A DNA stretch of 63,709 bases, the filler included, from Rhabdomonas costata (taxonomy: Eukaryota), in NCBI GenBank assembly GCA_019059605.1. It is 52 parts of 52 records of this genome, joined end to end, with 100 filler letters (N's around TTAATTAATTAA, not from the genome) between each part and the next. Parts side by side here need not be neighbours in the genome. Positions count along the whole stretch, not along the records: positions 50,310 to 51,438 come from JAHMHO010027267.1; positions 51,539 to 52,665 come from JAHMHO010027268.1; positions 52,766 to 53,893 come from JAHMHO010027269.1; positions 53,994 to 55,120 come from JAHMHO010027270.1; positions 55,221 to 56,347 come from JAHMHO010027271.1; positions 56,448 to 57,574 come from JAHMHO010027272.1; positions 57,675 to 58,801 come from JAHMHO010027273.1; positions 58,902 to 60,028 come from JAHMHO010027274.1; 44 more parts are not named here. One strand, 5' to 3'. The position numbers were made by a program, and so were the translations under genes. Under the pieces are notes generated by a model, which worked only from the letters and a program-made list of their open reading frames with translations, did not search any database and was not told the DNA's origin. How positions within the stretch are numbered: the first letter of the stretch is position 1; the number at the start of each line of letters is the position of its first letter. Of this stretch, positions 50,486-60,760 are shown piece by piece.

Positions 50486-51160
50486 GTCACGGAGCCCACG
50501 AGAAGAAGAGATGTCGCTGCGCTCATTCACACACGCTCCGTCGCTCTGCTCCTATATGCTGAATTCACTACTCCGTGATTTTTGGGCCATCTCTCCGTGT
50601 GATCCCACTCCCATTCGCTACGCTCATGGTCGTGGGGCCACGGCGCTACACTCCTCGTTCCTCCGACATGTTGAACTCCCTACTCCGGTCATGTCACCTC
50701 CACGCTCCGGTTTCACTCCGTAAAGACTGATACCCCATGACCAGGAGCGCAGCTAGCGTAGAGATGATGACATGGGGTTACATGGGGTTAAGACACAGGA
50801 GCGCAGCGGGGAGATACGACCGGAAATAACAACATCCAGGAGGAACGAGGAGCGCAGCGAGTGACGATCTTGTAAATTGGGGGGCCCCATGGCATCAGCG
50901 TAGAGGAGATCAAGGGCTAGAATGCACGAAGCGTAGCGGAGTAGGAAGGTGGAGCGACGGCGTAGCCCCATCGAAATCAGGGACCCCATGATCGAAGCGC
51001 AGGGGCGCAGCGACAAAGCGATAACCTAAACAAGGGGCTCCACGACCATGAGCGTAGCGAATGGACGTAGTGAACGGAGGGATGGGCATCCGAAGCGTAG
51101 CGAGCATCTGCGAGCGGAGCGACATCTTAGCTTCTTCTTGTCGGGCCCCTCTCGTGCCCC
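50486..51160. repeat. Long imperfect nested inverted repeat rich in GCGNAGC motifs
   Basis: 50611-50635 is the exact reverse complement of 51040-51064. 50501-50524 pairs with 51112-51138, and 50644-50672 pairs with 50830-50859. Confidence 0.85.
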
Positions 51161-51538
51161 TCCCCAGTCATCACGCACTAATATTATCACGTTATCACGT
51201 TACGCGCGCGCTCACAGAATACAGTGGTAGTAGCGACGATGTCCTAGTGGAGTGAGGGCATGCGAGCGCAGTAGTGACATCGGGCTATCTTGAGGCATTT
51301 CCCAGGACTAGCCGTTGGAGGGCAGCTGGTGGTCTCAGGAGCAGTGGTGGTGCTATCGGAGCCCCTCAACCCCTACTTCCTCTCAACCTCTCTAAATCCC
51401 TTCCATGGGTTCGGTCGCGCAATTGCCACAGGTCTTAGNNNNNNNNNNNNNNNNNNNNNNNNNNNNNNNNNNNNNNNNNNNNTTAATTAATTAANNNNNN
51501 NNNNNNNNNNNNNNNNNNNNNNNNNNNNNNNNNNNNNN

Positions 51539-52469
51539 ACCCACGATCAGCATGTGCCGCCGCATCTCAGGCGAAAGGGCTTGTGCATGGGCGACGATCT
51601 TTCGCAGCAGAGCGAGCGAGCCGGTGTGCTTCACGTTGTGCAGGTCGTCCAGCAGCACCACCACTGGGGGCCGGGCGTGGGCCTCCGCCCAGAGCAGCTC
51701 GCACAGGATGTCCTCGACGTGGTCGTCAAAGTTCATTCCTTCATAGCTGCTGGTCTCTCCAGTGAACTTTGTTCTGAAAGAATGACACCAAAGGAAATAA
51801 CACCGAAGGATCAGATATTCGAGGCCATCTCACAGTCGGGTTTCTGCGAGATGAATTACAATACAGAAGACTTGTTATATGGCCCATCCAGTTCAAATGT
51901 GACCTTTTAACAGACATACCACAACAACCTTATTTCCTAGGAAATATCGCACTTATCACATCCAAAAAAAACTCTCATACTTAAGGTGGCGTGGTCAATG
52001 ACCATAAACGGTTCATGAGCAAGAATTCGTTAGAGAGATGCTCGAAGCAGGAAGACTTGACAGCGAAGAGAGCAGGTCATGACGAGCGAAGTGCTCACCG
52101 ATAGTTCCATTTTTCTCCAGTGAAGAACGACGATCAGAAAGTAGGAATAGATGAGAGAGACACAAACAACCCCACCAAACAATGGCGGAGCAGGAATCTC
52201 CGTTTCAGATAAGACCCGAAAAGACTTGTGTGGTGGAAAGGCCTACGTTGGCTCTGACTTCACAACCCTCGTGTGCAGGAAGGGCCATACCCCAGCACCG
52301 TGTTCAGGACAGGAAGGACGGACTCGATGCGGGGGAATGTGGGCTTCAGCCGTTGCACAAGAAACTTCGCCAGCGACCCCTCCCTTTCGGAGTACTCCTG
52401 CACCAGGGAGCGGAACACGGGCCGCCACATCTGGTAGGCCACCTGGCCATCCAGCTGCTCCGTGCAGCC
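51539..52469 (-). CDS. STAND/AAA_16 NTPase region (ADCY10-like soluble cyclase type), exons 52469-52291 and 51773-51539
   Basis: VAYQMWRPVFRSLV...VLPVLNTVL, then PVVVLLDDLHNVKHTGSLALL (Walker B hhhhDDLH..SL.LL). Confidence 0.7.
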
Positions 52470-52772
52470 CTACAAAATGATAGGAAAAACCAAAGCAGAA
52501 GAGATTTCATACTCTCTCCGGAGAACTCCCTAAAGGAAAAATTCTGTTTCAATCTCTCCTTGTGTGTGAGTGTTTATCGAGCGGGAATGTTTCGGGAGTG
52601 AGAGGGTTCGATGAAATTTAGCCACTTACCCATTCACGTCACTTCTTCATCATAAACAACACCCCNNNNNNNNNNNNNNNNNNNNNNNNNNNNNNNNNNN
52701 NNNNNNNNNTTAATTAATTAANNNNNNNNNNNNNNNNNNNNNNNNNNNNNNNNNNNNNNNNNNNNTGTGTTG

Positions 52773-53355
52773 GGTCGCGGTTTTAAAAAAATGCAAGTTT
52801 TCCATGGAAGGCTATTGTAGGCCAAAAAATCGACTTTTTGGGTCATATCTCGGAGTAGGCGAATCCGTTTTTCTTCGTTGTTTTTGCGTTGATTGGGGCA
52901 TATTTAGGCCAATTTAGGGATGCTACACCCCCGGGGTGTGGTATTTCGGTATTCGGCACTTTTTCGAAAAATCGCGTTTTTGGGGGTCATTTTGGGCTCT
53001 AGGGCCCTTTGTATGGGAAAACGTCTATTTTCTCCAGGAGCCATGTTTTGGGAACCCGCTTGTGTACGTAGCACTGTCATGTGCACCAAATCATTATTTC
53101 GGGTTATGAATCGTCCAGCAGAGATGCAGAAAAACCGCATTTGCAGTCTCAGACCATGCGGGGGTACTCTCGGGGTGATGGTTATGGTCGCGGTTTTAAA
53201 AAAATGCAATTTTTGGGTCATATCTCGGAGTAGGCGAATCCGTTTTTCTTCGTTGTTTTTGCGTTGATTGGGGCATATTTAGGCCAATTTAGGGATGCTA
53301 CACCCCCTGGGTGTGGTATTTTGGTATTCGGCACTTTTTCGAAAAATCGCGTTTT
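52773..53355 (+). repeat. Direct repeat: ~145-nt block at 52836-52980 and 53211-53355, plus a 24-nt leader at 52773 and 53186
   Basis: TTTTGGGTCATATCTCGGAGTAGGCGAATCCG...TTTTTCGAAAAATCGCGTTTT is present twice, nearly identical. Confidence 0.92.
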
Positions 53356-53855
53356 TCCGCTTCTCAGGTTGCTTTGTATGGGCGTGCCGTAAATTTGTCG
53401 CGCTGGATGTCTTGAGCCGCGAAGCGGGTCAAGATCCAAGCAAAACCTGGCAGTTTACACACAACAGGATTCATCTTGCTCGCTATTTAGTATGATTATT
53501 CGCTATGTATCACACACCATCTTTGTTTACCTCCTTTTCTACAGTCAACAAAAAGAAGTTCAGCGTTCTACGACGATTCAACCAGAAAGCGACTTTGCCC
53601 TTACCAGTTTTTGGTCACTGACACGGAGGTCTCCTTTTCTAAAATGCAAAATTCACCCCAGACGATGCCAAACATGCAACTCTACAGTGGTAAAGAAAGA
53701 AGCCATTTCCATTTTTCCTAACTCTTTGCCAACGGAATAGATCTTCTGGATGTCTTGGGCCGCAAGCGGAGCGCGGCGGCCCAAGATCCTAGAACCCACT
53801 CTATTTAGTGCGCGTTAAACTGCGCACCGCCACGTGGCGACGCCCTGACTTCTTG

Positions 53856-53885
53856 TAACCCTAACCCTAACCCTAACCCTAACCC
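53856..53885 (-). repeat. Telomere-type (TTAGGG)5 repeat
   Basis: (TAACCC)x5 on the + strand at the contig end. Confidence 0.85.
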
Positions 53886-56800
53886 CAACCCCCNNNNNNN
53901 NNNNNNNNNNNNNNNNNNNNNNNNNNNNNNNNNNNNNTTAATTAATTAANNNNNNNNNNNNNNNNNNNNNNNNNNNNNNNNNNNNNNNNNNNNTGTTGGA
54001 ATGCGGGCAAGGGGGCTAGTGAAGAGCAGAAAGTGGGGGCGGGGGATAGGGAGTCCTCAGGCACGAAGGGCACAGAATCAGTAAGATCTCGGGTGCTTGA
54101 AAGATGCTTGTCCGTGAGAGGACGGGTTCTCCTTTGCCATGACTCTTTTGAAATTTGCGCGCCTCCGTCGCACACCGCCCCGCCCTCCCATCTGCCTCCC
54201 TGAAAACCTCGATGGACCACTTCCTTTGTGTTCAAATGCAAACTGCTCTGAATTACCAAAATCCAACCACCCCCCGCCCAAGCCCGAGATGCCATCACTG
54301 ACACGCGCACATCCCCCCGCGGTACACGTGCAAGCCGTTGTTCTGTTCGTACAGCCTTTTTTTCAGCATTGCCTTTCCTTTCTTTCCCGAACCAAAGTCC
54401 AAAAACTCTGACCCCAAAAGGGATGCCTGTCTGGAACCTTGGGCTGACCGTGGTTTTTGTAACCCTGCTGGTGGCCAGAGTGGATGCCAACCTTCGAGGT
54501 CCATCGCTCCCCACCACCACCACCACCACCACCTTGAGGTGGTTTCGCTTTCCTTCTCTTCCACTCGTAGAAGAAACAAAGCAAGACAAAATTTGTAAAG
54601 GCGGCATAAGTAGAGTGCAATAATAATAATAATAAAAACTGAGGGCACAACGGGAACCTGAAGTCAAGCAATCCTTCCTCTTTTACTTCCCAAAACCGAC
54701 CTCAACCCATACCGAAAAAAGGCCTCCTCACTGTAGGCCACTGTCACGTCACCACCACTCACCTCTCAGCCTGCAATGCAGAAGACGGTGGTGTGCAGTG
54801 CCGTTGGTACTGGCGGTCTACAAAGTCCCAATGGGATAACGGAGAAGACCGCGATAGTGGGCCCCCCACTCTCTGAATGGAGTAGGTAGCGCTCCTGCAT
54901 TCACGTCACTGTTCTGTGAATTCCGGCTCCGCTGCAAAAGTGAGTGTTTCTGGGTCCCGGTCAGCAGCATGAGACAACAAATAGATATCGAACACGCACA
55001 CTTCCGGATCTGCAGGAATGCAAGCGATTTGTGATGTCCTCTTTCTTCCTGACAGTTGCAACCATCGCAACCTGCAAAGAACAGGAGGTGAATATACAGT
55101 TGCCCACTCCCCCCCACAACNNNNNNNNNNNNNNNNNNNNNNNNNNNNNNNNNNNNNNNNNNNNTTAATTAATTAANNNNNNNNNNNNNNNNNNNNNNNN
55201 NNNNNNNNNNNNNNNNNNNNCAGAGCGACTGGAAATGGATTGAGGCACGGGAAATTTACAAGAGAACAATATCAAGAGCCGTCAATTGTTGAGTAAATCG
55301 AAAACAAATGAACCTTCGTATTCTGTCGGAAAAAATGGAATTTTCAGGGCAAATGTATATATCTAAAACAGTGGGGTATACGAACGAGCTCTGGTGGTGC
55401 TAACATGGACGCTAATGGTTTGCGCTCTTCCTTTTTGATGAACTTTTTTATGGGGCGCAAAACTACTCACAAGCGCCCCTCTTCAAAACAAAAAGGTAAT
55501 GATGCCTGAAAAGGAGTTCAATCACGGCCCCGGGAGCCCCGGTGGGTTGGCGGTCCCTGGCGGATTGCTCCCTCCCGTGCTGCCTGGTACTGGTCACCGT
55601 CGCCATGTGGGCCCTCTCCCGTCGCGTCATCAACCGCCTTACCCACGCCCTCCACGGCAACACCCGCGGTGTACACCACCACGCGCGGCGGGCACGCCAA
55701 TCCAAGGCGGCCACCCTCTCGCTGCCCACTCCCGGGACCCGGGGGTCCACCCCCCAGCCCTCCACCGCGCAACAGAGTGCCATCCTCGCTGGACGCCCCT
55801 CATCTCGGCGACGCTTCAGGCGGCTGGCTTCTCCCTCGCTGCTTCCTGCTTCCCAACGGAAGCCTTGGTGCACCTCACCCAGCGCCGGCTCTCCGCTTCT
55901 CCTTCTTCTGCTGTGCTGAGGGCGGTTGCGGCCACGCATGAAGTCTGCGACGATTGGCTGTGCCAGTCACCCACGCGCTGGGGCCCGGCCCCCGGCCGCT
56001 TCTGGCATAAGGCCGCCACTTATGCTTGGGGCGACCGATCGGCCGATAGCCGGGCGCACATCTGCGCCCCCTGATTGCGCTGCCTGCCCATGCGTCTGTG
56101 CTTTGTGCCGTTTTGGGAATTGAACACCTTCGGAGATGTTTTATTGTGTGGTCTGTGAATTTTGGAGTTCGACCTTATTCGCTGCGCTTGTCTCCTTATA
56201 TGTTTTTGGTGTTACTTCTGCTCTAGCCCCAGGGTTCCAATAAAGCATAAGTTTGAGCAATGCTGCAGTATAAGTACTTGCTGCGCCCCTCCCACAAGCA
56301 AACGAGATCCCCACAACTGGAGCTATATATCTATCAGGCACGTATGTNNNNNNNNNNNNNNNNNNNNNNNNNNNNNNNNNNNNNNNNNNNNTTAATTAAT
56401 TAANNNNNNNNNNNNNNNNNNNNNNNNNNNNNNNNNNNNNNNNNNNNCTGGAGCTGGGTGGCAACCCGTGGGCCTGCCGGCTGACCCTTCCTCCATGGGT
56501 GAAGACCCCCTGCAACGGTGTGCTTTTTTGTGGCCTGTTTTTTTTTTTCGCTTTTCTCTTTTGAATGCCGTTTTCCTCCATCCCTTTAATTAAGTTTGAG
56601 AATAATCCTTTTATGGTGTTCATCGGTGTTTGTATTCAACTGTTTTCGGCTTTTGCTGAGGTTATTGATCTCGCTAAGTGTTTTCAGACCTTTTTTATGG
56701 TGGAGGGGGTCTGGACACAGCCGCTTGCGAAGGGTCGTTCCGCAATGGGACGTGCTCTGCGAGCTGCGGCACGGGGTTCTACATTGCCACGTTTATCATC

Positions 56801-57875
56801 ACCAACCCCAGCACGGCCTATGCCTGTGGCTATGCCAACGGGACCACAATTCGGTCTTCGTGTTACCCCTTCTCCTGCGAATCGCCTCAAGGTTCTCGGC
56901 TGCTTCGCTGTTTGTGAAAAACAGGACGGTAACTACCTTCGGAGGCTTTTTCCTTTTAGGAGCGGTCCAGTTTTCTCCACCGCTGAGTTCAACGTGTGAG
57001 CAGGTGCAGTCGTTTGACAAGTATTAGAATTTGTGACAAGTGGTGTATTGGCCTCCACCTCCGAGCCTGGGCCGGAAGATATGAACACATATTGTTTGCT
57101 CCTGATTTCTCTGTCATGGGCCGGATGTGATGATATTTGGCACCTCGACGAAGCAGGTTTTCGAAGGGGCACATTCTTGCACATTCTCAGCCGACGAACA
57201 CGTGCAAGATGTTCCGTGTACCGCATACTTTCCAGTCTGTTTTTTAAAAGGTACGATCCCGAATGAGTGAGCATGCCTTTTGCAACCATTGCTCGATTGC
57301 TCGGTTGCGGTTTGACAAGTTGCATGCAATTCTGTTTCCTCAAAAAACAAGAAACGTGTATTCGAATTTTCCATTGATGCGGTAGATCGAAAGTTTTAAT
57401 ACCTGAGTGCGCATACGCCCCATGCCCCATTAGTTTTCAAACCCCTGAAGACAAAGCACAGTGTTCACGTCGGTGTACACCGGCAACCCATAGGCTCGGA
57501 CTCGTCGGCGACGACCATTGTGGTTTCTGTGACGGTTGGTATGGCGATCATCGCCATACCAACCGTCACCAAAANNNNNNNNNNNNNNNNNNNNNNNNNN
57601 NNNNNNNNNNNNNNNNNNTTAATTAATTAANNNNNNNNNNNNNNNNNNNNNNNNNNNNNNNNNNNNNNNNNNNNTGTTGTGTGTTCCTACCCTATTATCG
57701 AAAGTCGACGTCCAATGCAATTTCGTTTTTCCCCAACCTTGGGTTTCGGGATCATCACACTGGCTGGGGCACTGTCACACGAGATTTCGATAATAGGGTA
57801 GGAACACACAACTGCTCCTGCCCTGAAAAAGAGATCGTGGTATGCTCTGTGCGGTCTCTTGGCGCGTCAATGTAG

Positions 57876-58431
57876 GTTGCCAACAAGCTGCCTTGGAAGG
57901 CTGCCCTGCGGCGTGCCCGCTTCGTGTTATGTCCCCGGGGCTTTGGCCGCACCAGCTTCCGGCTCTACGAGGCGCTGCAGTCGGGGGCAATTCCTGTGGT
58001 CGTGTACGACGACGTATGCTACATGCATATGCACAGTCCCAGTTTGACTTACGCTGACTTTTTACTGTTGTGCGGCTTTAAGTTTGGTGCATAAAAAGTG
58101 TGAACCATCATGGTGGTGATCTAAAGGCAGGTGCAGGGTGCAGAGGATGGGGAAGCAGCGTGTAGAGGGCTGCTTTTGAGAAGGGCGGGGAAACCCTTCG
58201 AAGACGGTCTATACCCTTTGCTGAAACGGAGTGTATCAAACGGCAACTCAAAGTGCGGAGGCCTCCAAAAACCCAAACCGCACCACAGCAACAACTCATG
58301 TTTACAGAGAGACCAACCACCATCGCCTTAGCATCCCACCTGGGCTGGCGTTTGTTGGCATTGGCCCGGCATCCCAGATTTGCCATATTTATCATTCAGG
58401 TTCCTTGGCTGCCCTACGCCGGCACTCTGAG
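57876..58431 (+). CDS. Exostosin-family (GT47) glycosyltransferase, exons 57876-58013 and 58400-58431
   Basis: ALRRARFVLCPRGFGRTSFRLYEALQSGAIPVVVYDD|VPWLPY with a GT-AG intron. Confidence 0.88.
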
Positions 58432-59299
58432 GTGGCTCCCCCTGCCCCCCGCTCTTTCCGTTCAGTGTTTGCGCTTTGAACAGGCATACTGTAACGTAAA
58501 AAAAAAAAAAGTGAGCTGGAAAAGCCTTGGTACTGCAATAATTTTGGTTTTGGGTTGCAAGGGCTTATGCGTTTGGGGCCACATGGGGGCCACATGATAC
58601 ACTTGATCTATGGGGAGGCCACAGGATAAACGTGCGCCGGTCTTTTTTATACATAATTTAGGGCCATGAAATACGAATTTATGAGGATTCCGCACAGAGG
58701 CGGTAGCAGTGCTGCTTAAAAAGCCCTTGATATCTTGTAACCAGGGACCTTCCTCGGCCCTCGCCCCCCTCCGGACAGGTGGTCCGAGATCGCGGTGGTG
58801 GNNNNNNNNNNNNNNNNNNNNNNNNNNNNNNNNNNNNNNNNNNNNTTAATTAATTAANNNNNNNNNNNNNNNNNNNNNNNNNNNNNNNNNNNNNNNNNNN
58901 NACCGTGCTCTCTCGAAAACCTTCAGTGTTCATTCGATTTTTGCAGTTCCTATAGGCCTGCAAAGTGGAACCAAGGTGTCTTTCCCAACTGTATTTTCCG
59001 CGTCTCCCAGCTTACCCCATACGTTTTTACCGCACATCCCACCACATCCCGCTCATGCATTGGTGGAACAAAACCCGCTGTGAGCCTTGGCGGCGCCACA
59101 ATCACAGGGGTTAGAGGGTGACGCACGCTTTTTCCAGAAGGCTCGGGGTTAGGGCACCCTTCCCCTTCACGCCGGGGAAACGCCACACTCGGACTATTGC
59201 AGGCCTTTTTCTGGTGATTCGAATTCTACATTAAAATTTTTATAATATTCTGAAACGGAACACTAAGCAGTGTGTCGATATTCTGTTCTCTCTGGGCAG

Positions 59300-59859
59300 T
59301 GGACCAGGCCTGCCGGCACCTCATGGAGCTCTCGGCGCAGGAAAGGATTGCCACAGCTGATGAGGAGGGTGAACTGCAAGAGGCACAAGACCACCTCAAC
59401 GCCCTCGTGAGGGCCACCTTGCCCACAGCGACGCCAAAGGTACGGCTCCCTCCCCTCACCCCCTCCTTCTTGAAGTTGTCTTGTCCGGGAAATGCCGCCC
59501 TCTTCTTTTGAAAATCTCAAGCCCTCTGTACTCTCCACAAACAATGCTTTTCGCCCGATTATTCCGGTGCAGTTTCGGTTTTGTGTAGTAATATTGCACT
59601 GTACCTGCCCCTGCCCCTGCCCCTGCACTGCGCCAGGTCTGCCAGGACTTAATACGCTTCCATGAGGAGTTCCTGAGGCGCAGCGCCGCCGAGCCCGCCA
59701 CCGCGAGCTCCCGCCCGGGGGAACAGGGCCTGCTGCCCACAGGCTACGCCGTGACCTTCCGCACGCTGCACCATGCGGCTGCCGCAGTGGCGTGGTGCGC
59801 GGACACGAACCTGACCTCCGCAATTCGTAGCTGCTACGGGACAATGAATACGGACGGGG
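59300..59859 (+). CDS. Two probable exons (~59300-59439 and ~59637-59859) of an unidentified protein, possibly an AAA lid region
   Basis: Coding-like segments ending at GTACG donors; VCQDLIRFHEEFL...VTFRTLHHAAAAVAW. Confidence 0.35.
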
Positions 59860-60249
59860 TACGTCCTCATCCCGTAACGCCTTCCCGCCTCCCACTCACC
59901 ACCTCTCTTGTGCTCCTATTGGCCATCTCCGTTTGGCTCCTTCACATTTCATTTTCTGAATGTGAAGCTCAGTGTTTCTTCGCTTCCAGATTTACCTGTT
60001 CAAACCAACACCAAACACACCCCAACACNNNNNNNNNNNNNNNNNNNNNNNNNNNNNNNNNNNNNNNNNNNNTTAATTAATTAANNNNNNNNNNNNNNNN
60101 NNNNNNNNNNNNNNNNNNNNNNNNNNNNGTTGGTGGGTCTGTGTGTAACGTTTGCCGGGAGTTGGCAAACCAGGCTCGGGCGAAGGTCGATGTGGACGCG
60201 GCCGCTGCTTGGTTTCTGCCCTTGTCGCGGTCATATGGTTCGCAGCATC

Positions 60250-60760
60250 CTACCGGCGAGCTTGGGGGGGGTACCTAGAACCGTCCCTGCGAAAATCTGA
60301 AAGTACATGTGTGGCGTGATGTAATGGATATGCAAAACCTCGCGCGTTAGATTGCATAAAGAGGGCCATGACAAGCACGGTGAGGAGGTAGGAGTGAAGG
60401 GTGGCGTCCAGCTGCACTTGGGGCAAGGCCAAGAAGCGCACCAGGACACGCAAATCCACCTAAACACCAGCCCCCCGCTCCCTCGTCCGAGCGGTAAAGC
60501 AAGCCAGCAACGCAATAGCGAAAAGGGGGTGCAAGGACAGATTTGTTACTGTCGCCCAGCAACCATCCAATGCAGAGACCATGAGAGATACAGAGAACCC
60601 CCCTCTCTCTTTTTCCAACCGTTCCCAGCAGCGGGAGGCCCTCCAGTAGAAAGGGCAAGTGGAAGTGCACCGGGCGACGGGAGAGACCCGAGGGAATACC
60701 TCCGCCAGGATATCCGCAGGCACATCATTGGGGAAGTCCTCAACTTGGCAAAGCCCGTGC
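60250..60760 (-). pseudogene. Possible disrupted F-box/LRR-like sequence
   Basis: NDVPADILAEVFPRV...C..W is F-box-like. Leucine-rich segments follow in other frames with stops. Confidence 0.3.
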
